In this document: positions 1-9,230 of the stretch, in pieces
Layout: each line of letters starts with the position of its first letter
Numbering within the stretch: the first letter of the stretch is position 1
Source: a virus
Reading direction: 5' to 3' (one strand)
Length of the DNA: 64,000 nt
IMG/VR virus record: IMGVR_UViG_3300032331_000813
Span: 1-64,000 of that record
Translations under genes and position numbers: made by a program
Notes under the pieces: generated by a model
The model's database searches: none
What the model saw: only the letters and a program-made list of their open reading frames with translations
Told to the model about the DNA's origin: nothing

Positions 1-103
1 CACGTGCCTCATGTAACTTAGATTCCCATGCTTCGTTAAGAGCCTGGCCTACATCTTCGTTAATAAGTCCACTTTCAAGTAATGGCTTGATAGCATCAAA
101 CAT
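1..103 (-). CDS. Prohead core scaffolding protein (T4 gp22-like), 5' part only; runs off the window
   Basis: Not in the ORF track. ATG at 103 preceded by AAGGGG SD reads MFDAIKPLLESGLINEDVGQALNEAWESKLHEAR; helical and acidic, directly downstream of the prohead protease as in T4 gene order 21-22. Confidence 0.7.
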   Translation of the reverse strand, partial: MFDAIKPLLESGLINEDVGQALNEAWESKLHEAR

Positions 104-115
104 GCTGTTTCCCCT

Positions 116-751
116 TTATTTAATTTTGAGATCATTGATGAGGCGCATTACTTCCTCTTTCAAGTATTTCTCTACTTTCTTGTTGCCCTGAGCATCTTTT
201 GCTAAATCCAACAATTTATGACCATGACGCATATTCATCATACCTTCATAGATTGCTTTAGGATACGCATTAGGTGCGCTTGGTTGTGCAACAATGTCCA
301 CGGTGACTATTTCAAAGTCACTTACTTTGCCGTTCATGTCGTCCACGTTACCGCTACCACGACTTGAAACGCCGAGTTTCACCCCACTCTCCAACATAGT
401 AGCAACTAGTTGCCCCATTGGAGTTGGTAAAATCTTTAACTTGCCGAACCCATTAGCCCCGTCCATCCACATTGTAGTAATCATGTGTGATACACGGTCT
501 AGGTTGATCTTTAAGTCATCTGGGTGATCTACTTCACCTAATACAGAATGACCTTCTGTAATCTGTTCGTTCAATGTTTGTACAGCAGATTCGATTTCAG
601 AAACAGGGTAAACACGCTCATTGGCGTTCTTTACCCCACCCTGAATGAAGATACCTTTCATATAAAGGTTCTTCTTATCGCCTTCACTTACGCTTTCAAC
701 AACCATGCTTGCGCGGTCGAAAGTTAAGTGTTCCTTGAGATACAAAGCCAT
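116..751 (-). CDS. gp21: Prohead core protease (T4 gp21-like)
   Basis: Motifs GIFIQGGVKNANERVYP, LGEVDHP, LGVSSRGSG and DIVAQPSAPNA typical of T4-type prohead proteases. Confidence 0.93.
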   Translation of the reverse strand: MALYLKEHLTFDRASMVVESVSEGDKKNLYMKGIFIQGGVKNANERVYPVSEIESAVQTLNEQITEGHSVLGEVDHPDDLKINLDRVSHMITTMWMDGANGFGKLKILPTPMGQLVATMLESGVKLGVSSRGSGNVDDMNGKVSDFEIVTVDIVAQPSAPNAYPKAIYEGMMNMRHGHKLLDLAKDAQGNKKVEKYLKEEVMRLINDLKIK

Positions 752-767
752 TGCTCCAAGATTCCTT

Positions 768-1580
768 TTATAGTTTACGCTTTACTGGCTTGCGTGATTC
801 AATAACGCTCTTGCTATTAGAACCATTATCACCTGCTTTTGGCTTTGGTGCAGCTTCTAAATCAGCATTGTTTTGTGCTGGAGCATTTTTCCACTTAGTA
901 GCGTCTTTTACTTGAGTTTCACCCTTTGAGTAGAAGTTGCTAGGTCCTTTAGGACTTGTAGGAACTGACTCGCTAGCGCCACTGAACTTTACTGGACGAC
1001 TGTCCATTCCAGCTTGTCCACTGTTTTGTAAACTTGTACTTTTTGTGTTTTGACCATTGTCACCGTGAGTTACAGAAACTTTCTTTAGTGTGATAGCTTC
1101 CATCATAGCAGCTTCTTCATCACCTGCTGCCATCTCATCGTCAGCAGCACCCATTTCTTCGTCACCCATAGCCATTTCGTCATCAGCCATTTCATCATCA
1201 GCATTGCCCATGATTTGTTCGAATTCAGCCATCAATTGGTCTAATTTATCTTCAATGCTTACTAGACGATCTTCTTCACCTTCAATTTCTTCACCGTCAT
1301 CGCCGGCTTCAATATCAATGATATCTTCGTCACCTTCGTCATCAAAATCAATTTCTTCATCTTCTTCTTCGGTCATGCCTTCTTCTTCAGCAGAGATTTC
1401 ATCCATCATCTGACCTACTTGACCCCCTGGATTCATTCCTTCATCCATCTCATCATTCATTATATCTTCATAGATTTCGCGGCTTTTTTCAACTACGATA
1501 TCATGGAATAATGCACGGGCTTGTTCTTCGTTCTCATTGATAATTAAATCAATTAGTTGTTCAAATTTTCTGTTATCCAT
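768..1580 (-). CDS. Highly acidic head-associated protein (putative prohead core/internal protein)
   Basis: D/E-rich with DDEMA-like repeats; between portal and protease (position of T4 gp67/68); AGGAG SD and TAAATA box upstream. Confidence 0.55.
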   Translation of the reverse strand: MDNRKFEQLIDLIINENEEQARALFHDIVVEKSREIYEDIMNDEMDEGMNPGGQVGQMMDEISAEEEGMTEEEDEEIDFDDEGDEDIIDIEAGDDGEEIEGEEDRLVSIEDKLDQLMAEFEQIMGNADDEMADDEMAMGDEEMGAADDEMAAGDEEAAMMEAITLKKVSVTHGDNGQNTKSTSLQNSGQAGMDSRPVKFSGASESVPTSPKGPSNFYSKGETQVKDATKWKNAPAQNNADLEAAPKPKAGDNGSNSKSVIESRKPVKRKL

Positions 1581-1686
1581 TGTATGTTTCTCCTAAGTAA
1601 TGGCTTTGTAGAGTTATTTAGTGGGTATTCACCAAACATGCTCAATAAGATAGTATTTTTTACGTTTTGAGGAGAAATATAGAGAT

Positions 1687-1914
1687 TTAGACTGAAGGAG
1701 TCTCAGCATCTGGCTTTGCGCCATACTGCTCATGTACTTTTTTTATGTACTTTGCTTTTTCAAAATTTCGAACATCTAACATTTTTCTAAGTTTGCGTAT
1801 CTGTTTTAATGTTAATTTTGTTTTGCGACTTTCTTTCCACTTTGGTTTGCTGTTGTCCGCAGCAACATCTTGATAACCTTCTACGGCAGGATTAAACATT
1901 TCAAAAAGTTTCAT
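1687..1914 (-). CDS. Small basic hypothetical head-module protein
   Basis: 75 aa, fills the gap after the portal, TAAATA box 7 nt upstream of ATG. Confidence 0.7.
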   Translation of the reverse strand: MKLFEMFNPAVEGYQDVAADNSKPKWKESRKTKLTLKQIRKLRKMLDVRNFEKAKYIKKVHEQYGAKPDAETPSV

Positions 1915-1929
1915 AGAATAGTATTTATC

Positions 1930-3717
1930 TTACATTGCGTTACCAGCTGGCGCCGGCGTTCCACCAGGCATGTTGCCAGCATCAGTTACTGCACCAGCTA
2001 CTTCAGGTCCAGTTTCTGCACCCTCTTCTGGTGCATTTTCTATGCTGTCAGCAGTTTCTAAGTCAGTGTCAATGTCACCGGCGCTAACGCCAATATTACG
2101 AAGGTCGCTACTTGATGGTTCAACATCATCATCTTTACCGTTTTCTTCACGCCACATTTTTTCATTCTTATTGATTTCTTCTTCACTTAAACCTAAGAAT
2201 CTTTCTAATGCAAAACGCTTACTCATATAAGGGAACGCTTCCATTGCTTGGAATGTGCTAACACGGGCTGTATCTAACTCACTTTGACGATAAGCAGCAA
2301 AGTTTTGTGGTGGATTAAACTCTAATGTAAACAACCCACTGTCAATGTTAAAGCCTCTCCAACGCAAGAATAACTTGAATTCTTCATCCAATTTGTTACT
2401 CATGTACTTCTGTAGTCGTTCGCAATATTGATTGAAACGGAACTCTTGAATCATAGCTGTGCCAACACGACCATCACTTAATGGGGTAGTATTGTCATCA
2501 GGGCCAGTGGGTAAGTATGAACTTGGAACACGTAAGCCACGTGCTAATCTGTTGTTAAAGTATTTCAAGTCATCAATTTCACCAAGATTTTGTCCACCGG
2601 GTAATACTTCAACTGACGAACCACGACCGTCAGCAGTGACTGGGAAGAAGTAATCTTCGTTCATACTCAATGGATTATATGTAGCATCAACAATTGCGGA
2701 ACCACCATGAACTGATGGAATACGTCTTTGATGTATCTCATTCTTAATACGTTCAACAAAAGCCATAGCCAAATGACTTGGCATGTTACCAACGTCAATC
2801 TTAAACATTCTACGCTCTGGCGCACGTTGCACACGATAGATAAGAACCGCATCTTCAAGCAATTCTTTTTGCTTATAAACTTTGAAAATATTTTCTAAAA
2901 TAGATTGTCCAAACGGCCAGAATCTATCTAATCCTTCAGTTAAACTCAAGTGAACGATGTGTTTAGAATCAATCGCCGATTCGCTTTGGCCCAATGTAAA
3001 ACGACTACCAGTAGTGTTGTAGGGCATACTTGGAACAGTGTATCCGCCGCCGGCGCCGCCTCCACCTGTTCCTCCCATACCAGTTGCTGGGTTAGCAGCA
3101 AAGTCTGTATTTGTTTTAGTCGCAACCGTAAGATTCTGTAAGTTTATGTTTATGTCTTTGATAACATATTGCTCAGGCTTCTTGCCTTCACTTTCGTTAA
3201 CAATAACTTTGATAACTTTTGTATTGTCAATCCAGTATAGCTTGAAGTTTTCTGGATCACGAACAAAAACTTGATCTCCGTACTTGATAGTATTACGGAA
3301 AATTTTGAATGTTCTTGTTCCAAATTCGTTTAGTTTACACCATTGTTGTAATTGTGTTTTAAGCAATTCTACTTCGTGAGGAGTTGGATCCTCAGTGAAT
3401 GCTAAGTTAAATGGTGTATCGTTATGTTCGTTTTTCTGTGTACTAAACTCTGAGATGATATCTAAACATGCGTTAATTTCAGCATCAACATCCATCATTT
3501 CATATTGATTATATCTTTCAATACGATTAGGGTGACCAGTATAGACTTCTGGAAGTCTACTCATGTAGTTTTTATAACCCATCTCGGTGTTGTTCCAGCC
3601 TCCTGTTTCAGAACCATTTTGTCCTGGACTGCCGTTCCATGCACCGGAATTGCTATTTCCACCACCTATTGGGCTGGAGATACCACTTTTATTCGTAAAA
3701 CGTTTTTTGTAGGTCAT
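1930..3717 (-). CDS. gp20: Portal vertex protein (T4 gp20-like)
   Basis: Motifs LLEDAVLIYRVQRAPERRMFKIDVGNMP, EDYFFP, LPGGQNLGEIDDLKYF and LRVPSSYL are characteristic of T4-like portals. Confidence 0.95.
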   Translation of the reverse strand: MTYKKRFTNKSGISSPIGGGNSNSGAWNGSPGQNGSETGGWNNTEMGYKNYMSRLPEVYTGHPNRIERYNQYEMMDVDAEINACLDIISEFSTQKNEHNDTPFNLAFTEDPTPHEVELLKTQLQQWCKLNEFGTRTFKIFRNTIKYGDQVFVRDPENFKLYWIDNTKVIKVIVNESEGKKPEQYVIKDININLQNLTVATKTNTDFAANPATGMGGTGGGGAGGGYTVPSMPYNTTGSRFTLGQSESAIDSKHIVHLSLTEGLDRFWPFGQSILENIFKVYKQKELLEDAVLIYRVQRAPERRMFKIDVGNMPSHLAMAFVERIKNEIHQRRIPSVHGGSAIVDATYNPLSMNEDYFFPVTADGRGSSVEVLPGGQNLGEIDDLKYFNNRLARGLRVPSSYLPTGPDDNTTPLSDGRVGTAMIQEFRFNQYCERLQKYMSNKLDEEFKLFLRWRGFNIDSGLFTLEFNPPQNFAAYRQSELDTARVSTFQAMEAFPYMSKRFALERFLGLSEEEINKNEKMWREENGKDDDVEPSSSDLRNIGVSAGDIDTDLETADSIENAPEEGAETGPEVAGAVTDAGNMPGGTPAPAGNAM

Positions 3718-3738
3718 AATATTATCTAGTATTTAGTG

Positions 3739-6700
3739 TTAAACCATAGAATACTTTAATATTTTATCAGTCAAGTCGTTTCCATCTCTAAGTGCAGATA
3801 TCATAGTATTAAATTTATCTTCCATCATTTGATGTATCTCAGCTAAAACATCAACTGTACCGTCAGATTTTGTTTGACCAACAGTTGGTGCCGGAGTATT
3901 TGCAAGTTGATCTAATATTGAATTTGGTGTTAATCGTTTTATAAGTTCAGTTCCATGCAATTGAGCAGAATAACCAGATTCTGGTCCTTTTGCAATACCT
4001 TCTAATGATGCGCTAACTACTTGTCCTTCTTTAAATCCTTCCCATACTCTTTGTTTTGTAACCATTGCTTTTAGCTGAGTATCAGTTAAGTCACCTATAA
4101 TTGTATCAACACCAACCCCAGCAGCTTTCGCTATATCTTTTGCGTAGGTTGTACCTAAATTTTTATCTTTATTACCGTTAGTCCACTGAGATACCCCATG
4201 ATCAATGTCTAAACCTATATACATAGGACGACGCCATTGAGCCATCTTCAAATTATCACCGGCTTCTAATGAAGGCATAATAGCAATACCAGTGCTCCTT
4301 TGTTGGGCATCACCGTCAAGTTTTTTCCATGTTCCTATTGCACCATATTTTTTAGCTAAATCAGAGTATGAATTATTGCCCGGATTATTAGTTCTCCAAG
4401 AAACTGTTCCACCTTTTTTAATTTTATCTCCTATTCTGACTTCATTCCCCATTTGTACAAGACTGTCCCCTGAGGCTGCAGCGGGTTTAGCTGGCGTTGC
4501 TGCTTGTACGGTTTCTGTTCCCATAGCACCCGGTGAAGCTGACGGAACTGCTTCACTAGAACTACCTTTCCCGCCACCTCCTCCTGATGGTGCTCCGCCA
4601 CCTCCACCGCCTCCTGCCGGTGCTGCTGCCGGTGCTCCACCACCTCCACCGCCTCCTGCCGGTGCTGCTGCCGGTGCTCCACCACCTCTTCCGCCGCCGG
4701 CTGATGCTGCTGGTGAAGCTCCGCCACCTCTTCCGCCGCCGGCTGATGCTGTTTTTCCACCACCACCGCCACCTCCACCGCTGAAGGCGCTAGTAACTCC
4801 GCCCCAAGCACTTGATGCTGCACCTGCAACAGATGACGCTGCACTTTTAACTGTATCTACTGCTTTACCGCCTACTTCTTTGGCTTTGTCTATGGTTTCA
4901 CCAACACCAGGAATCATCTTTATTAAATTCTTAATTGCTGTAATCATACCATTTACAACATCTTCAAGTGATTTACCAAAATCTTTTCCAATTTTAGAGA
5001 ACGTTGCACCAATTTCAGAAGTCATACTCTTAGTATTGGTCCACATATCGTCAAAGGCTTTTTTAGTTATTTCCCAATTTTTCTGATCTTGTTCACCACC
5101 AATGCCATATTTGTCCCACCATGGTGCAAATTCTTTTCCAGCACTATCCCACATGTTGTTAAACAATTCTTTGGTGATTCTCCAATTTTCTTGATCTTGT
5201 TCTCCGCCGGGCCCGTATTTTGCCCACCAGCCTTTACCAAACATACTATCTGCAACATTACCTACCCACTCATCAACACCTTTTATAAAACTTTTTACAC
5301 CTTCAGCAAATCCTGAAACAATGTTAGCTGCATCATCCACTCCTGGAGCCTTTAATGTACCTTCTCTAAGCCCTTTGTCTGTTTTTAACATTGTTTCTTG
5401 CTGCGCTATACGGGCCTTTGTAGCTGCTTCAGCATCCGCTGCCGGCTTACGTTGTGACGCAGCATATTCTTCAGGTGTCATTGAACCTTGTGCTGCGGCT
5501 GTTTTTATTTTATCTTGAGATTTACTAAGGTCAATTAGAGTACCCAAATCACCTTCACCCATCGTTTGGCCTGCTACACCACCGGTAAGTTTAGTAGTAC
5601 CCAAATATTGTTTATTTTGTTTCATTAAGCCTGAAACAGCAGCTTGAGTTCTATCTACATTACTGCCTTGACCAGACTTTATCATTTCAAGAGTGCCACC
5701 GGCACCACTCATAGCTTGATATATTCTAGCAGTTTCAGCGTCAACTGGACCGCCACCCGCTGCTGATAATTTTGCAAGAGCAGAACCTTCAGCTTTTAAT
5801 CCTGCAGCCATTAATGCGCTAGATGTTTCGAACGCACGAGTCAATTCTGCAAGTTTATCAGTATCCCCTGCCTCTTCAGCTTCAAGCATTGCGGCACGTA
5901 ATTGATTCATTGACAATATAGCTTTTCTAGCATCTTCTTGTTCTTTTCTTGATGCTCCGGTTAACACTGCCATTTTGTCAAGTTCTAGTACATAATTTGC
6001 TGCTGCTTTTGCTTGGTCTCCGCTAGCTTTTGCACCTAATTTAGATTGTTGGGACATAAACTGAGCCATATGTTCCATTTGCTGCTCTTGATTTATGCCC
6101 ATTGCTCGCAACTGACCGCCCAATTCTGAGTTTATCAAATTGCCTGCATTTTCAGTAAATTGTTTGGCTCCGTCTACTAAACCGGCTCCAAACAATTTCA
6201 TATCTTTTTGATTTGCTTGTAATACTTTGTTTAGTTTTTCAAATTGACTTACAGTAAAACCTACTTTTTGCAAGTCATCAAACATTCCTTGTAGTCCACG
6301 TGAACCTACTAATGCAGAATCAGATAATTTTTCATAGCCTTCGTACAAAGCCTTATTTTGTTTGCCTAAATCTTCATCACGCTTCTTTTGATATTCTATT
6401 GATTTTTTTACTTGTTCTTGTTCACGACCTTTAAACCAAATAAACGCACCAGCAGCCGCAACTACGGCACCTACAATCCAACCAATTGGGCCAGACAGTG
6501 CAGCCAATGCTATTTCAAGTAATGCTGCTGCACCTCCTGCTGCTCCTACTGCTATACTAGTTGCAAAAGCAGCAGCACCCAAAATAACCATCTCTCCGCC
6601 TAAACTTTTCAGAGATTCGCCTAAATTACCATGTGCATCTGCTTCAGCTTGCATCTGCTCGCGGCGTGCAATACCCATAGTAACTTCATCATTTGCGCCT

Positions 6701-7353
6701 GCAAGCAATGCATCTTCATATGCAATCAAGCCTCTATAAGCAGCATCAATGCTACCAATTAATCGGTCCATTGCAAATTTTACTGCCATAACTCCTAACT
6801 TCTTTGGCAGATCCATTAATGAATTAGCTGAACCAACTATTGCTTGTTCATGTTTTTTAATTGCTGCTTCTTCACGTTGAACCATATTCAATCGTAAAAG
6901 GTCAGCTTTATTCATTCTAACGGTTAGATCAACAAGTTTATTATTTTCATCAATAACCCTGTTCATACTTGCCAGCTGAGATTCTAGCAAATTAGCAGAA
7001 GCCAATCTAGCTTTTTCTTCTTTTTGTTGTGCTTCTGAAAGTTTTTTCCAACCCGGTATGGCTTCTGCCATTATTTTGTTAGTTTCTTCGTCTAACTTTT
7101 GACGTTTTTTAAGTTGTTCTTCAGATTTTTTACGGGTAGTATATAACTCTTTTTCGACTCCGGTAGTTTCTTTTAATACTAAACCTAACTTATCAAATTC
7201 TTTTTCAACATCTCGTTGTATTTTAACTGAGTCTTGAAAACTTTCAGTAGCAAGGTCAGTTTCCCCGCGCATTCTTCCTATGGAATCCGCGGCTGAATCC
7301 GCACTTATATTCAATGCTTCAAGCAATTTTTGTACGTCAATTTCATTGGTCAT
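3739..7353 (-). CDS. Tape-measure-like / ejected virion protein with C-terminal lysozyme-like domain
   Basis: 1204 aa, long Ala/Gln/Lys-rich helical body, hydrophobic Gly/Ala stretch (GPIGWIVGAVVAAAGAFIWF), Trp-containing repeats, Gly-rich linker, then RTNNPGN motif domain. Confidence 0.65.
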   Translation of the reverse strand: MTNEIDVQKLLEALNISADSAADSIGRMRGETDLATESFQDSVKIQRDVEKEFDKLGLVLKETTGVEKELYTTRKKSEEQLKKRQKLDEETNKIMAEAIPGWKKLSEAQQKEEKARLASANLLESQLASMNRVIDENNKLVDLTVRMNKADLLRLNMVQREEAAIKKHEQAIVGSANSLMDLPKKLGVMAVKFAMDRLIGSIDAAYRGLIAYEDALLAGANDEVTMGIARREQMQAEADAHGNLGESLKSLGGEMVILGAAAFATSIAVGAAGGAAALLEIALAALSGPIGWIVGAVVAAAGAFIWFKGREQEQVKKSIEYQKKRDEDLGKQNKALYEGYEKLSDSALVGSRGLQGMFDDLQKVGFTVSQFEKLNKVLQANQKDMKLFGAGLVDGAKQFTENAGNLINSELGGQLRAMGINQEQQMEHMAQFMSQQSKLGAKASGDQAKAAANYVLELDKMAVLTGASRKEQEDARKAILSMNQLRAAMLEAEEAGDTDKLAELTRAFETSSALMAAGLKAEGSALAKLSAAGGGPVDAETARIYQAMSGAGGTLEMIKSGQGSNVDRTQAAVSGLMKQNKQYLGTTKLTGGVAGQTMGEGDLGTLIDLSKSQDKIKTAAAQGSMTPEEYAASQRKPAADAEAATKARIAQQETMLKTDKGLREGTLKAPGVDDAANIVSGFAEGVKSFIKGVDEWVGNVADSMFGKGWWAKYGPGGEQDQENWRITKELFNNMWDSAGKEFAPWWDKYGIGGEQDQKNWEITKKAFDDMWTNTKSMTSEIGATFSKIGKDFGKSLEDVVNGMITAIKNLIKMIPGVGETIDKAKEVGGKAVDTVKSAASSVAGAASSAWGGVTSAFSGGGGGGGGKTASAGGGRGGGASPAASAGGGRGGGAPAAAPAGGGGGGGAPAAAPAGGGGGGGAPSGGGGGKGSSSEAVPSASPGAMGTETVQAATPAKPAAASGDSLVQMGNEVRIGDKIKKGGTVSWRTNNPGNNSYSDLAKKYGAIGTWKKLDGDAQQRSTGIAIMPSLEAGDNLKMAQWRRPMYIGLDIDHGVSQWTNGNKDKNLGTTYAKDIAKAAGVGVDTIIGDLTDTQLKAMVTKQRVWEGFKEGQVVSASLEGIAKGPESGYSAQLHGTELIKRLTPNSILDQLANTPAPTVGQTKSDGTVDVLAEIHQMMEDKFNTMISALRDGNDLTDKILKYSMV
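4585..4752 (-). repeat. Four 42-bp (14-aa) Gly/Ala/Pro tandem units in the tape-measure-like gene
   Basis: TASAGGGRGGGASP / AASAGGGRGGGAPA / AAPAGGGGGGGAPA / AAPAGGGGGGGAPS; GC-rich island in AT-rich DNA. Confidence 0.85.
5041..5235 (-). repeat. 108-bp (36-aa) tandem duplication in the tape-measure-like gene
   Basis: WWAKYGPGGEQDQENWRITKELFNNMW versus WWDKYGIGGEQDQKNWEITKKAFDDMW; MW codons at 5041 and 5149, 108 bp apart. Confidence 0.85.
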
Positions 7354-7378
7354 TTAATTTTTATCCGTAATTTTTGAC

Positions 7379-7403
7379 TATAAATAGTTCACACATGTAT
7401 TTA
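7379..7403. promoter_or_regulatory. Divergent pair of late promoters
   Basis: Perfect T4 late consensus TATAAATA on + at 7379-7386 (towards the gp26-like gene) and TAAATA on - at 7398-7403 (towards the tape-measure-like gene). Confidence 0.7.
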
Positions 7404-7438
7404 GTGTTTATAAAATACATTATTTTGGAGAATTATTA

Positions 7439-8266
7439 ATGAACAACCCCCTAAGACAGTATTTCCGCAGACCCGCATTGCATCTAAGTTTACCTAGTAA
7501 AGGTCAATATTACCCTGAAGGGTCAATTGATATGCCTGAAACTGGTGAACTTCCTATATACCCAATGACAGCTATAGACGAAATCACTGGCAAAACCCCA
7601 GATGCATTATTTAACGGTAGTGCGGTTGTTGATATAATTAAAAGTTGTGTTCCGGCAATAAAAGACCCATGGGCGATTCCTAGCATGGATTTGGATGCTA
7701 TATTAATTGCTATACGTTCAGCAACTAATGGGAATGATTTAGATATTTCTTCAACTTGTCCGTCGTGTGAAAACGAAGGAGAGTATAAAATAAATTTATC
7801 TTACTTACTAACTACGATAAAATCTGACAATTATGATAATATATTACATATTGGTGAATTACAAGTAAAATTTAAACCTCTTTCATACAAAGAAGTAAAT
7901 GACGGCAACATGGGTCAATTTCTAATGCAACGTAGGATTAGAGAAATGCAAGCTATGGATGATACAGATGAAGCAGCTAGAAATAAAAAATCCAGCGAAC
8001 TTATGAAAGACATACAAAAAATAAATGCTGAATTGGTTTGTAACACAGTTGAATCAATAAGTGTAGAATCAATGGTAGTAACAAATAGAGAACATCTAAC
8101 AGAATTTATAGAAAAATGTGATAAAAATACATATGAAGCTATCAGAACTCATGTGACTACAATCAGAACAAATTCAACGATTAAACCTCAACAAATAAAA
8201 TGTGTTAATTGTTCACATGAATATAAGCAAGAATTAGCACTTAATATATCAGATTTTTTCGGTTAA
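7439..8266 (+). CDS. gp26: Baseplate hub assembly chaperone (T4 gp26-like)
   Basis: LPSKG..Y, PMTAIDEI, D..AILIAIR.AT motifs and two CxxC pairs (CPSC, CVNC); ends in DFF as in gp26-like proteins. Confidence 0.75.
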   Translation: MNNPLRQYFRRPALHLSLPSKGQYYPEGSIDMPETGELPIYPMTAIDEITGKTPDALFNGSAVVDIIKSCVPAIKDPWAIPSMDLDAILIAIRSATNGNDLDISSTCPSCENEGEYKINLSYLLTTIKSDNYDNILHIGELQVKFKPLSYKEVNDGNMGQFLMQRRIREMQAMDDTDEAARNKKSSELMKDIQKINAELVCNTVESISVESMVVTNREHLTEFIEKCDKNTYEAIRTHVTTIRTNSTIKPQQIKCVNCSHEYKQELALNISDFFG

Positions 8267-8313
8267 GGCTTCTATCCTTAACCCCTGAAAAGGTTCAGAA
8301 GCTGTTAGATCAA

Positions 8314-8490
8314 ATGGAAAAAGATTCAAAAGAAATCAAGAATACTGCATTGAAGTTTTCTTGGTACATGCGGGGAGGGGTATCATATGAAGATGTACTC
8401 AACATGTCCGACGATGAAAGAATTATGATTGGTAAAATAATTGATGACAACTTAGAAACAACTAAGAAATCTCAATTGCCATTCTTTTAA
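8314..8490 (+). CDS. Small gp51-like baseplate/tail assembly protein; possibly the -1 frameshift extension of the upstream ORF
   Basis: Not in the ORF track (58 aa): MEKDSKEIKNTALKFSWYMRGGVSYEDVLNMSDDERIMIGKIIDDNLETTKKSQLPFF; the frame is open back to the slippery site at 8254. Confidence 0.75.
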   Translation: MEKDSKEIKNTALKFSWYMRGGVSYEDVLNMSDDERIMIGKIIDDNLETTKKSQLPFF

Positions 8491-8491
8491 A

Positions 8492-9103
8492 ATGAAAAAT
8501 GATTTCAATGTCCCAATAACTTATTTTGGCGGGACAGGAGGACATTTTTTAATATCTTTTTTAAATGCAGCATATTTAAATGACCATATTGTATTTAAAT
8601 ACAGTAAATTTGGAAACGCACATGATACTGGCTATGCAGCCGTAGTAGGTGGTGGATTAGGCTCAACCGCACCTAACGTTGATTACAAAATAAAAACGTT
8701 ATTAGAACATTTACATACTAGAAAATTTATAGGTGTACATGTTATAGAATACCATAAATTAGTTGATATTTTCAATCAAGTTATAAAAATAACATATGAA
8801 CAATCGGATATTGAAGAAATATCAAAAATATTTGTGTTAAAGTATAGTAACGGTTTCACTAGAGATTATGATGACCTAATAATCGATTCAATAAAAAAAG
8901 GAATTAAGTTTCTACCAACGTTTTCAACAAGCTATGAAAAATCAGTAACATGCATAGCATGGGCAGAACTATTTAAAAAAGATCCTAAACTGTTAATAGA
9001 TAAGTTGTCGCAGGCGTTTAATATACCTGTGGAGAATTTTAATGTATCTAATTTAATAGAATGGAGAAAGATAACGAATACTACTTTGGCTTCATATCCG
9101 TAA
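8492..9103 (+). CDS. Hypothetical protein, possibly sulfotransferase/P-loop-like fold
   Basis: 203 aa, N-terminal beta-strand plus YFGGTGGHFL glycine loop; very AT-rich. The function is a weak guess. Confidence 0.45.
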   Translation: MKNDFNVPITYFGGTGGHFLISFLNAAYLNDHIVFKYSKFGNAHDTGYAAVVGGGLGSTAPNVDYKIKTLLEHLHTRKFIGVHVIEYHKLVDIFNQVIKITYEQSDIEEISKIFVLKYSNGFTRDYDDLIIDSIKKGIKFLPTFSTSYEKSVTCIAWAELFKKDPKLLIDKLSQAFNIPVENFNVSNLIEWRKITNTTLASYP

Positions 9104-9138
9104 TTATTCATTTATCTAACTTTGGGTGTTTGATTAAG

Positions 9139-9181
9139 AGATGAACTTCGTTCATCTAAGACCTCACTTCGTTCGGTCTTA
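9139..9181. terminator. Tandem hairpins, probable terminator between convergent units
   Basis: AGATGAAC-ttc-GTTCATCT (9139-9157) and TAAGACC...GGTCTTA (9157-9181), both containing ACTTCGTTC, followed by TTTTT on +. Confidence 0.55.
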
Positions 9182-9230
9182 TTTTTCTACAATTCTATAT
9201 TCTCAAAAACTTTATTATATCGGGTATATA

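Noticed and set aside
4292-5086. Pro-rich antisense and alternative-frame ORFs over the Gly repeat
   Set aside because: By-products of the GC-rich 42-bp repeat in the tape-measure-like gene.
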